Shown here: positions 53,601 to 62,400 of the stretch, in pieces
Numbering within the stretch: position 1 is the first letter of the stretch
How the letters are laid out: each line of letters begins with the position of its first letter
Assembly (NCBI GenBank): GCA_038231275.1
Contig: JBBRLQ010000002.1
Coordinates: 96,001 to 160,000 of the forward strand
DNA: 64,000 nucleotides
Direction: 5' to 3'
Origin: Polyangiales bacterium
GTDB taxonomy: Bacteria > Myxococcota_A > Polyangia > Polyangiales > Polyangiaceae
Made by a program: the position numbers and the translations under genes
Notes under the pieces: generated by a model
Seen by the model: only the letters and a program-made list of their open reading frames with translations
The model's database searches: none
Told to the model about the DNA's origin: nothing

Positions 53601-53615
53601 GGTACGGTGATTGCT
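53601..53615 (+). promoter_or_regulatory. Possible sigma54 promoter
   Basis: GGTAC-GGTGA-TTGCT (GG-N10-GC) just upstream of ATG 53628. Confidence 0.3.
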
Positions 53616-53627
53616 CCACGGGTGAGC

Positions 53628-54395
53628 ATGGACCTCCACGCCAACGCGCTCATCGCCGCCATCCTTTGCGTCACCGGGTGCACGACCGCCACGACCACCT
53701 CCGCCACGGGAGGCGACGGCGGAGCGCCCACGGACGGAGCGACAGCGGGGGGCGACGGAGGCGCGGCGGGGGCGAGCGGCGCGCTCACATGCGGCGCGAT
53801 CCTCGATTGCTTGGGGGCGTGCGCGAGCAGCGACGCGGCCTGCCCCGACGCATGCGTCGCGAAGGGATCGCCGCCGGCGAAGGACGCCGTCACGAAGCTC
53901 GCGACCTGCTCCAACACCAACGCGTGCGCCGACGCGCCGTGCCTCCAGAGCAAATGCAGCGCGGAGCTGCAAGCTTGCGTCGCATCGGCATCGACGGGAG
54001 GAACGCCGCTCGACAGCGGCGTCGCGCCCGCGGGGAACGTGCCCGCGGAGCTCGTGGGCAAGTGGTACAGCTATGGCGTCCTCTTCGAGTTCGGCGCCGA
54101 CGGCTCGGCCTCACGGAGCACCAACGTGTCGACCGGAGGCTGCACCTCCACGTCGCTCGAGAAGGGCACGGCGGTCGTAGCCGGCACGACGCTGACGACG
54201 TACTTCACCAGCGGCATCATCAAACTTTGCGGCTCGTCGTCGGGCGATCCCTACCAGCCGACGACGACGAGCTACACCTACCGCGTCGAGACGGTCGACG
54301 TCGGGATCGTCCTTCGGCTGTCGAAGCAGAACTGCCAGTACACCGACCAGGCGAGCATCGATTTCTACTGCACCGACGGGTACGACAAGAAATGA
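53628..54395 (+). CDS. Cys-rich hypothetical lipoprotein
   Basis: VTGC lipobox, CxxxxxC..C helical domain, PAELVGKW lipocalin-like start. Confidence 0.65.
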   Translation: MDLHANALIAAILCVTGCTTATTTSATGGDGGAPTDGATAGGDGGAAGASGALTCGAILDCLGACASSDAACPDACVAKGSPPAKDAVTKLATCSNTNACADAPCLQSKCSAELQACVASASTGGTPLDSGVAPAGNVPAELVGKWYSYGVLFEFGADGSASRSTNVSTGGCTSTSLEKGTAVVAGTTLTTYFTSGIIKLCGSSSGDPYQPTTTSYTYRVETVDVGIVLRLSKQNCQYTDQASIDFYCTDGYDKK

Positions 54396-54396
54396 G

Positions 54397-55392
54397 TCAC
54401 CCCGCCGTCGGGCACCCGCCGCCGCACGTCTTCACGCCGTAGCAGTCCGACGTGCAGCTCGGGCCGCCACACTCGCAGTCCTGCTTGCAGACTTGATCGG
54501 CGAGCGCAGGATCCGAACCGCAGGAGACCTCGCACTGCGAGTAGACGCTGGGAATGACGGCGTGGTGGATGCAGCAGACGGTGCCGGCGGGACAATCGGC
54601 GGTCTCGTCGCACTTGAGGGAGACGTTGACCGGCTTGAGCGTGCAGCCGTCGCCGGAGGGAGAGCACGCTCCGTTGCAGCACTGCTCCGCCTGCGCGGCG
54701 CACGGGCCAGACGGCGGGCAGTCGATCCCGGCGGTGAAAGGGCCACAAGGGCCCGCGTCGACGCGTGTGGTCGTCGCGTCACCGTCCGATGCGCCGTCGC
54801 GTCCGCCGACGTCGGCGCGGGCGTCCGTCAGCGAACCGGGAGGCGGAGGGGTCGGAGTCCCCGGCGGCGGCGCGAGGTTCGAGCACGCCGGGTCGACGCA
54901 CGCCGCCGAGACGCAGCCGCCCGCGAGGCACGTGTACTCGGGCTCGCATCGCACGCCGGCACAGTCCTGCCGGAGCTCGATGGGGAGGAGGAGCGGCGTG
55001 TGCGCGACGAAGCGAAGACGACGGCGGGCGACGACGCACCCCGCGAGGCTGGCGCCAGGCGTGCGAACGGCGCACGCTTCCCGCCCGAGGCCCGCCACGA
55101 TCTCGATCGCGATCTCGGCGCCGCGATCGCCGCTCGGCACGACGACGAGATCGCCGATTTCGCGCGGCGAAGACGGAGCACACGTCGCGGCGGTCGCCCC
55201 CGGCGCACCTTCGAGCGAGGCAAAATCAGGCCCGATCGTGATCGTGGTGGTGCCCGGCTCCTTGGACGCGGCGATCGGTGGACAGCTCGCGAGATCCGTC
55301 GTGAGGACGAGTCGGATCTCCGTCGGATCCCGGCAGCTCGCGACGATCGCGATCGCCCCGAGGAGGGGAAACAGGACCGCCCCTCGCACCAT
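54397..55392 (-). CDS. Cys-rich hypothetical lipoprotein
   Basis: VASC lipobox, TEIRLVLTTD and CVVARRRLRF. Confidence 0.7.
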   Translation of the reverse strand: MVRGAVLFPLLGAIAIVASCRDPTEIRLVLTTDLASCPPIAASKEPGTTTITIGPDFASLEGAPGATAATCAPSSPREIGDLVVVPSGDRGAEIAIEIVAGLGREACAVRTPGASLAGCVVARRRLRFVAHTPLLLPIELRQDCAGVRCEPEYTCLAGGCVSAACVDPACSNLAPPPGTPTPPPPGSLTDARADVGGRDGASDGDATTTRVDAGPCGPFTAGIDCPPSGPCAAQAEQCCNGACSPSGDGCTLKPVNVSLKCDETADCPAGTVCCIHHAVIPSVYSQCEVSCGSDPALADQVCKQDCECGGPSCTSDCYGVKTCGGGCPTAG

Positions 55393-55427
55393 CTGCACTA
55401 CGATACATGGGAGACGCTGGGAGTGCG

Positions 55428-56774
55428 TTACCCCCACCGAATCGTCTCCAACATCCGCATCAGCCGTTCGCCGCGCGCCGGGTCGGATGCCGCGACCCAC
55501 GCGACGAGGCCGCGGAGGTGCCCGCGGAAGTCTTCGTGCCCGCCGCGGTTCTGCGTCGCCGGGCCGAGGCGAGCGCAGTTGTAGAGCGTCGCTTTGAGGC
55601 GGTCCACGGCTTCGCGGGAGACTCGCGGGCGCTCGTTCACGACGAGGCCAGTGACGGTCTGCCGGCCGCCGGCGGGCATGATGCGCGTCTTGCGATGGTT
55701 CACGACGAAGCCCTCTTCGAACACGATCGCGCCGACGCGCGCAGCGAATCGGAGCGCACCACGCGCGAAGTCGGCGCTGCCCGAGAAGACGAGATCGTCC
55801 GCGTACCGCGTGTACGCCGCGCCGGCTGCTGCGGCGGCCGCCGACAAGCGAACGTCGAGACCAAACGCCACGAGGTTGGCGAGCGCGGGCGACGTCGGCG
55901 ATCCCTGCGGCAAGTGACGCGCGCGTGCGAGGGCCTCGGCGCGTCGCCACGCGTCGATGTCCGCGCGCGCCGCGTACGGCCCGAGGGCTCCGCGCCGCGC
56001 GATCGCGTCGACCGGCGTGCGGTTGGTGCAGAGGCGCGAGAGGACGAACGCCACCTCCTCTGGATAGCCCGCGGTTCGAAAGACCGCCGCTACGCGTGCC
56101 GCGGTGATCGTGAGGAAGAAGTCCGCCAGATCGATGCGCATCACTACCGCGCGACCCGCATGCGCCGCCGCGTGGGTGCGGGCCGAGCGCCCGCGACGAA
56201 ATCCGTGAACCGCGTCGTGGGGAGGGATGACGTCGAGCACCTCGCGCAAGATGGCGCGCTGGATCGCCTTCATCCGCGGCTTCGGCGCTTCGAGCAAGCG
56301 CACGCCTCCGCTTCCGTCGGCGCGCTTCGAGACCCAGCGGTACCGGTACTGCCGCAGGGCTTCGCGTTCGACGATTCGCTCGAGACCTCGCGCGTCCGCG
56401 AACCATTCGAGCTCGCCGGCGCGGAGTCCCAGCCACGCCGCCACGTCGCCGTGCGTCGTCAGAACCCGAACGTTCCACCGCGGGCTCCTCATCTCGACGT
56501 GCGGCACGAGCCAAGCACGAACCGTCGGCGCCTCACGCCGCCCACACACCTCGATGAGACGCTTGTCGCCGGCGACGAATCGCGTCAGCTCACGGAGCCG
56601 ACCGCGAGGTGAATTCTGGAACTTCGCGAGGACTCGCGCCGCGACCTTCGACACCCAGGGGAGCGACCCGCCGAGGGCGGTCGCAGCGCGCGCCTTCAGT
56701 CCCGCGCGCGTCCACTCCCCTTCGGCGAGAAATGCTGCCGCAAGGGCGCCGGCCACGTTGACGAGCTCGGCCAT
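55428..56774 (-). CDS. Retron-type reverse transcriptase
   Basis: HGF, region X HAAAH (NAxxH variant), DLADFF, LPQGSPTSP, YTRYADD and region Y QTVTGLVVN; ~100-aa N-terminal extension. Confidence 0.93.
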   Translation of the reverse strand: MAELVNVAGALAAAFLAEGEWTRAGLKARAATALGGSLPWVSKVAARVLAKFQNSPRGRLRELTRFVAGDKRLIEVCGRREAPTVRAWLVPHVEMRSPRWNVRVLTTHGDVAAWLGLRAGELEWFADARGLERIVEREALRQYRYRWVSKRADGSGGVRLLEAPKPRMKAIQRAILREVLDVIPPHDAVHGFRRGRSARTHAAAHAGRAVVMRIDLADFFLTITAARVAAVFRTAGYPEEVAFVLSRLCTNRTPVDAIARRGALGPYAARADIDAWRRAEALARARHLPQGSPTSPALANLVAFGLDVRLSAAAAAAGAAYTRYADDLVFSGSADFARGALRFAARVGAIVFEEGFVVNHRKTRIMPAGGRQTVTGLVVNERPRVSREAVDRLKATLYNCARLGPATQNRGGHEDFRGHLRGLVAWVAASDPARGERLMRMLETIRWG

Positions 56775-56784
56775 CCTTCGTCAA

Positions 56785-56958
56785 CGTGCGGCGGCGAGGC
56801 CCAACCAGACTTGACTGGCGTGCGGAATCGTACGTTCTGCGTACCGCGCCGCACGCGACGAAATGCGGGTCCAATTGCGTTCCCTCGGGGTAACCCCGAG
56901 GAGGATCCGAGCCGTCCGAGACGGTCCCTTCTCCGACTTGAGCCCCCGCCGCCGCACG
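56785..56958 (-). ncRNA. Retron msr-msd non-coding RNA
   Basis: Perfect 12-bp terminal inverted repeat (56785-56796 / 56947-56958), extendable to ~20 bp with G-U pairs and one bulge. Internal hairpins at 56818-56856, 56883-56901 and 56912-56924. Lies directly upstream of the RT. Confidence 0.82.
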
Positions 56959-56992
56959 ACGCGAGACTACACGAAGGCGCCGTCCGCGCGCA

Positions 56993-58546
56993 TCACCCCG
57001 CCTTGTCGCCCTGAAGCTTGCTGTGGTGCCGCCCGTACGTCCCATAGATCACGAAGCCGATCACGAGCCACACGACGAGCCGGATCCACGTGTCCTTCGG
57101 CAGACCGCTCATCACCCACAGGCACGCCACCGCGCCTAGCGGCGCAACGATGTAGAATGCAGGTACCCGGAACGGCCGCACGGCCTTCGGCTGCGTGAAG
57201 CGGAGGATGAAGACGCCCGCGCACACGAGCACGAACGCGAGCAGCGTGCCGATCGACACGAGCTCGCCGACGAGGCTCATCGGAAGGAGACCGCCCGCGA
57301 CGGCGACGAACGCGCCCGTCACGACCGTGGCCTTGTGCGGCGTGCCGAATTTTTTGTGCGCCTGCGAAAACCAAGGGAGAAGGCCGTCTTTGCTCATCGC
57401 ATAGAAGACGCGCGTCTGGCCCATCATCATGACCAGGATGACCGACGTGAGGCCCGACAGCGCACCGAGCTTCACCAGGAACGTGAAGGCCTTCGTCGCG
57501 CCCGGCGACCACTGCCGAAGCTGCACGATGCGATCGATGCCGACCGCGACCGGATCGGACACGCCGAGCTCGTGGTACGGGACGACGCCGGTGAGGACGA
57601 GCGCGACGAGGATGTAGAGGATCGTGCACACGACGAGCGAGCCGAGGATGCCGATCGGCAAATCCCGCGTCGGATTTTTGCATTCCTGCGCCGTCGTCGA
57701 GACCGCGTCGAAGCCGATGTACGCGAAGAAGACGACGCCCGCGCCCGTGAGGACGCCGCCCCAGCCGAAGCTCTGGATCGTCTCGCCGGCGCGCGTGCTC
57801 GGCCCGGCCGGAGGCACGAGCGAGGCGAGGCCGGACGCGGTCGCGTCGCCGACCCAGTTGGCGTGATTGACGACGCTCCATCCGAGCAGGATGAAGGTGA
57901 TGACGATGATGACCTTCACCGCGACGATGAGGTTGTTCACGAACGCCGACTCGCGCATGCCGCGGTAGAGGATCGCGGAAACGAGCACCGCGACGAAGCT
58001 GGCCGGGAGGTTCCACATGCCGTGCGTCGTCGTGCCATTCGCCAGCGTCACGACGTCGCCCCATGGCCCCTGCGTGAGGACGAGGAGGGAGTCGGGGAGC
58101 GTGATGCCGAGCGTCTTGTGGAGGAGCGAGATGAGGTAGCCCGACCACGAGACGGAGACGGTCACAGCGCCGAACGCGTACTCGAGGATGAGATCCCAGC
58201 CGATGATCCAGGCGATGATCTCGCCGAGCGTCGCGTAGGAGTACGCGTAGGCCGAGCCGGCGACCGGGATCATCGCCGCCATCTCCGCGTAGCAGAGGCC
58301 GGCCAGCGCGCAGAGAATGCCGCCGAGGACGAAGCTGTAGACGATGCCAGGGCCCGCGTAATACGCGGCCGCGGTCCCTGTGAGCGAGAAGATGCCAGCG
58401 CCGATAATGGCGCCGATGCCCAGGGCCACCAGGTTGAGGGGGCCGAGGGAGCGCTTGAGCGTGCCGTGCGCCGCGGCCTCGCTGGCGTTCGGATCGTTCG
58501 CTTCGGCGAGCAGCAGAGCGAGCGGCTTCTTCTTGAGGAGGTCCAT
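56993..58546 (-). CDS. APC-family amino-acid permease
   Basis: GIGAIIGAGIF, PVAGSAY.Y, FFAYIGFDAV and VSIGTL; ~12 TM helices. Confidence 0.95.
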   Translation of the reverse strand: MDLLKKKPLALLLAEANDPNASEAAAHGTLKRSLGPLNLVALGIGAIIGAGIFSLTGTAAAYYAGPGIVYSFVLGGILCALAGLCYAEMAAMIPVAGSAYAYSYATLGEIIAWIIGWDLILEYAFGAVTVSVSWSGYLISLLHKTLGITLPDSLLVLTQGPWGDVVTLANGTTTHGMWNLPASFVAVLVSAILYRGMRESAFVNNLIVAVKVIIVITFILLGWSVVNHANWVGDATASGLASLVPPAGPSTRAGETIQSFGWGGVLTGAGVVFFAYIGFDAVSTTAQECKNPTRDLPIGILGSLVVCTILYILVALVLTGVVPYHELGVSDPVAVGIDRIVQLRQWSPGATKAFTFLVKLGALSGLTSVILVMMMGQTRVFYAMSKDGLLPWFSQAHKKFGTPHKATVVTGAFVAVAGGLLPMSLVGELVSIGTLLAFVLVCAGVFILRFTQPKAVRPFRVPAFYIVAPLGAVACLWVMSGLPKDTWIRLVVWLVIGFVIYGTYGRHHSKLQGDKAG

Positions 58547-58661
58547 GGGGTGGCGCCAGCCTACCGCGCCCGCGCCCGCGGGTGCTAATGCGCAAGGAGA
58601 CACCGGCGAGACCGTGCCCGACGCCTTGCGGGCGCCCGGATTTCGCTTCATAAGGGGCCGC

Positions 58662-60428
58662 ATGCGTGGGGGGGTCTTCTTTTTCGCTGCGCTCGCGTTC
58701 GCGGGGCTGGCCGGTCTCGCGGACTGCGTCCCGTCGGACCCGAGCGCGGCGGACGACGCGGCAGCCTCTTCGCAGGATGGCGGCCCCGGCAACGGCGACT
58801 CCGCAGCCCGCGAGGACGCCGCGAGCGACGACGCGACGACGCGACCCGACGGCGACGTCGGAAACGAGGCCGGTGCGAACGACGCTCGCGACGACGCGAC
58901 CCCGGCACGCGACGCCGGCTGCGACGCGCAGGTCCCGACCGACGGCGGGCTCGCGCCGCTCTGCGCCGTCCCCATTCCGCAGCCCACCGGCGGCGACGTG
59001 ATCGACGTCGCCGCGGCCGTGCGCCTCGGCAAGGCGATCTTCTGGGACGTGCAGACGGGCGGCGACGGCAAGCAAGCGTGCGCGTCGTGCCACTTCTCCG
59101 CCGGCGTCGACACGCGCCGACTGAATACGATTCACCCCGGCCCCAACGGCACGTTCGAGAGCGACGGCGTGACCGGCGCGGGGCAGACCGCGACGATCGC
59201 GAACATCGGCAACGACGACCGCGTCGGCGCGCAAGGCGTGATGGCGGCGACGTTCAACGCGATCGCGGGCGACCCCGCCACCGGCACGGACGACTGCACG
59301 CCCGCGCCGGCCGCGCCGTTCGGCACGAACCGCCAGGTGACGCCGCGCAACGCGCCGACCGTCATCGGCGCCGTCTTCTACCGCGATCTGTTCTGGGACG
59401 GCCGCGCGAGCCACGCCTTCAACGGCGTCGATCCATTCGGCGCCACGGGCAACGCGGCCGGGAGCCTCGCGAACGTAGGCGCCGCGGCGCTCGCGTCGCA
59501 AGCGGTCGGGCCGCCGAACAATCCCGTCGAAATGTCGTGCGCCGGTCGGAGCTTCAACGGACCGGGCAGCCTCGCGACGAAGATGCTCGCGCGCCAGCCG
59601 CTCCACTCCCAGAAAGTGAGTCCGAACGACGGCGTGCTGGGCGTCCTGTCGGCGTCGCCGGGAGACGGCCTCGCGTGCAACGGCAGCGCGTGCACCTACC
59701 GGGATCTCGTGGTCGCGGCCTTCGGCGCTTCGCTCGGCGCGCAAGCCGAAGCGCAGTTCTCACGGTTGTGGGGCCAGGCGCTCCTCGCGTACGAAGCGAC
59801 CCTCGTCCCCGACGACACGCCGTTCGATCGCTACCTCGCGGGGAGCGGGTCCGCGCTGACGGCGTCGCAGGTCCAGGGATTGTCGCTCTTCACCGGCAAG
59901 GGCCAGTGCGTTGCGTGCCACGCGGGGCCGGAGCTCAGCGATGCGACGTGGAGCTTCGCGACGCGCAAGGGCCTCGTGAACGAGGACACCGGCGATCAAG
60001 GTTTCCACAACACCGGCGTGCGCCCGGGCGGTCGCTTCCCCGAAGACCTGGGCCGCGCCGACGTAGGGCCCAAAGGCGTCACCTACTCCGTGAGCGCCGC
60101 GCAAGTCGATCGCGGCGCGTTCAAGACGCCGTCGCTCCGCAACGTGAAGCTCACCGCGCCGTATTTCCACAACGGCGGCAAAGCGACCCTCGACGATGTG
60201 CTCGCGTTCTATGCGCGCGGCGGCGACTTCAACAATCCCTCCTCGCGTGTCCGCGCGATCGTCTTCCTGGCGGGCGAGCAGGCGGCGCTCGTGGACTTCC
60301 TGGCGAACGCGCTCACCGACTGCCGCGTCGAGAAGGAGCGGGCGCCGTTCGATCACCCATCGCTCGACGTTCCCAACGGCCCGAGCCTCCCGGCGGTCGG
60401 CGCCGCGGGCGTCGGATCGTGCCCGTAG
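58662..60428 (+). CDS. Di-haem cytochrome c peroxidase / MauG-family protein
   Basis: LGKAIFWD, CASCH, RNAPT, FWDGRA, CVACH and FKTPSLRNV..TAPYFHNG. Confidence 0.9.
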   Translation: MRGGVFFFAALAFAGLAGLADCVPSDPSAADDAAASSQDGGPGNGDSAAREDAASDDATTRPDGDVGNEAGANDARDDATPARDAGCDAQVPTDGGLAPLCAVPIPQPTGGDVIDVAAAVRLGKAIFWDVQTGGDGKQACASCHFSAGVDTRRLNTIHPGPNGTFESDGVTGAGQTATIANIGNDDRVGAQGVMAATFNAIAGDPATGTDDCTPAPAAPFGTNRQVTPRNAPTVIGAVFYRDLFWDGRASHAFNGVDPFGATGNAAGSLANVGAAALASQAVGPPNNPVEMSCAGRSFNGPGSLATKMLARQPLHSQKVSPNDGVLGVLSASPGDGLACNGSACTYRDLVVAAFGASLGAQAEAQFSRLWGQALLAYEATLVPDDTPFDRYLAGSGSALTASQVQGLSLFTGKGQCVACHAGPELSDATWSFATRKGLVNEDTGDQGFHNTGVRPGGRFPEDLGRADVGPKGVTYSVSAAQVDRGAFKTPSLRNVKLTAPYFHNGGKATLDDVLAFYARGGDFNNPSSRVRAIVFLAGEQAALVDFLANALTDCRVEKERAPFDHPSLDVPNGPSLPAVGAAGVGSCP

Positions 60429-60431
60429 ACG

Positions 60432-61286
60432 TCAGCTCGTGAGGGCGCGGCGGGTGAGCCCGAACGACGCGCGCATGACGAGATCGACGAGGCGCGTAGG
60501 GAACAGGCCGACGAGCGCGATCAGCAGCCAGAATCGGCGCGGCGCGACGTAGCGCGTGCACGGACGCCGGGACTCGGCCGCGTGCGTGATCGCGCGGACG
60601 ACCGGGCGCGCGGAGCTCGCGACGAGATCGAAGCTGCGCCGGAGATCGTCGGCGCGCGCGTAGATCGACGCGTAACGCGAATCGGGCAGCTGCTCGCGCG
60701 CGAGCTCGCGAAGCACGCGGTCGCCGAAGCTCGTCTTGATCGTGCCTGGCTCGACGATCGCGACGTCGATCCCGAACGGCTGGAGCTCCATGCGAAGCGC
60801 GTCGGAGAGCGCCTCCAAGGCGTACTTCGTAGCGTGGTACGCGCCGAGCAGCGGCGCCGGGATGCGGCCGGAGACGCTGCTCACGTTGACGACGCGACCG
60901 CTCCGCTTCGCGAACATCGCCGGCAAGAAGGCCCGCGTGACCGCCATCAGACCGAACACGTTCGTGTCGAACTGCGCGCGAAGCGTCGCGTCGGAGAGCT
61001 CCGCGAGCGGCCCCACCGTCGCGTATCCGGCGTTGTTGACGAGGACGTCGAGCCCGCGGCCCTCCGTCCGCTCGCCGACCTGCCGAACGGCCTCGGCGAT
61101 GCTCTCCGCCGATGTCACGTCGAGCGCGAGCGTCTCGAGCGCGAGGCCCGACGCCTCCTGCTCCAGCGCGGCGAGCGCTGCCCGGTCGCGCCCCGTGGCG
61201 AACACACGATGGCCGCGCCGCGCGAGCCAGAGCGCCGTGTCACGGCCGATCCCCGCGGTGGCGCCGGTGATGCGAACGTTCTTCAT
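60432..61286 (-). CDS. Short-chain dehydrogenase/reductase
   Basis: TGATAGIG, NNAGY and YHATK. Confidence 0.93.
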   Translation of the reverse strand: MKNVRITGATAGIGRDTALWLARRGHRVFATGRDRAALAALEQEASGLALETLALDVTSAESIAEAVRQVGERTEGRGLDVLVNNAGYATVGPLAELSDATLRAQFDTNVFGLMAVTRAFLPAMFAKRSGRVVNVSSVSGRIPAPLLGAYHATKYALEALSDALRMELQPFGIDVAIVEPGTIKTSFGDRVLRELAREQLPDSRYASIYARADDLRRSFDLVASSARPVVRAITHAAESRRPCTRYVAPRRFWLLIALVGLFPTRLVDLVMRASFGLTRRALTS

Positions 61287-61376
61287 GATTTTTTCCCCGA
61301 GCTGCGAGCGCTTCGATGCTCGGCGAGGCGTGGCGTTGCGGGATTTCTCGCGGCGAAACGCGCGCTGACTTCCGCC

Positions 61377-62312
61377 TTAGTGGCACTGCGCCGGGTGCGC
61401 GATCTCTTCGAGCTGCACGCACTGGGTGGGGCACCTCTGGGTCGTCGTCACGCCTTGGAAGCATTTCGAGCGCCGCGCACCGTGATCGACACAGCGGTAA
61501 ATCGCGTCGAGCTCCGCCGGGCACACGGTGCCATCCCCCTCGGGCGGCGGAATGTGCACGGCCACGTCGGCGTGGTTGTCGTCGTAGTGGAGCTCCGCGA
61601 TCATCCGATCGGGGTTCACGGTGACCGAAAGCACGTAGTCGCCGGCGGGCACGTCGGTGATGTCGATCCAGTTGCCCTCGGTCGTGTTCACGTACCCGTC
61701 GCCCCACCCGCGATGGAGGCCGGGGTGGTGGCAGTTGGTCTGCATCTTCGGCGTCCACGTGTCGGGCACCGGCGGCGAGCCGAACGGACGCTGCGGAGGG
61801 CGCGGTAGGAGCGAGCGTCCGCCGCCCTGCACGTTGTCCTCGATGCAGAACGACTCCTTGTGCCCCTTGGCCGCCTGCGTGCCGTCGCGCGCCTTGAGCT
61901 CGTAGTCGGCGTAGCCCTTGAAGTGGAAGTGACCGTGGCACGACGCGAACTCGAAGAAGCGCGCGTTGCCCTTCGACGGATCGCCGAGGAACAGATCCTT
62001 GGTGCCCACGTTCGTCACGAACGTCGTGAACCGGAGCAGGCGGCGACGGCCGGACGCGAGGATCGTCCCCTCGGCGACGGAGCACGAGTCTTCGGCGATG
62101 TCGCGCGTCTCGATCACGATGGACGCTTTGACGGTCGGCGCGTCGAGGCGAAGATCCGGACACCGAGCACCGGGCGCGCACACGTCGAACCGCGGCGCGT
62201 CGGTGAGTGCCTCGTCGTCGCTCCCGTCGTAGGCCGGCTGCGCATCTGCGCCGCCGCACGCTTGAATCACGCCCGCAACGGCGACGAAAACGGCGAGTCG
62301 AGCACCACGCAT
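61377..62312 (-). CDS. Lysyl oxidase family lipoprotein
   Basis: RRLLRF, SCHGHFH, GHKESFCIED, GWGDGY, WIDITDVPAGDY and VNP...E..YDDN; IQAC lipobox. Confidence 0.88.
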   Translation of the reverse strand: MRGARLAVFVAVAGVIQACGGADAQPAYDGSDDEALTDAPRFDVCAPGARCPDLRLDAPTVKASIVIETRDIAEDSCSVAEGTILASGRRRLLRFTTFVTNVGTKDLFLGDPSKGNARFFEFASCHGHFHFKGYADYELKARDGTQAAKGHKESFCIEDNVQGGGRSLLPRPPQRPFGSPPVPDTWTPKMQTNCHHPGLHRGWGDGYVNTTEGNWIDITDVPAGDYVLSVTVNPDRMIAELHYDDNHADVAVHIPPPEGDGTVCPAELDAIYRCVDHGARRSKCFQGVTTTQRCPTQCVQLEEIAHPAQCH

Positions 62313-62400
62313 GGCGGTTCATGGTGCCAATGTCATACCAAGTCCTACATCATGTATTTATAGGTACTTAGCGCTCCATTTCGCGAAATATCGACCGCCC

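Noticed and set aside
54397-56514. 705-aa ORF overlapping the RT, read as a possible RT-effector fusion or overlap
   Set aside because: The upstream part is an out-of-frame shadow of the RT; the real lipoprotein starts at 55392 with a signal peptide
55428-56774. RT as a group II intron, DGR or CRISPR-associated RT
   Set aside because: No maturase or intron domain V, no TR/VR pair or avd gene, and no cas genes; VTG motif and upstream a1/a2 RNA indicate a retron
58662-62312. MauG-like enzyme maturing the nearby lysyl oxidase cofactor
   Set aside because: The genes are convergent and separated by an SDR, and LTQ forms autocatalytically with copper
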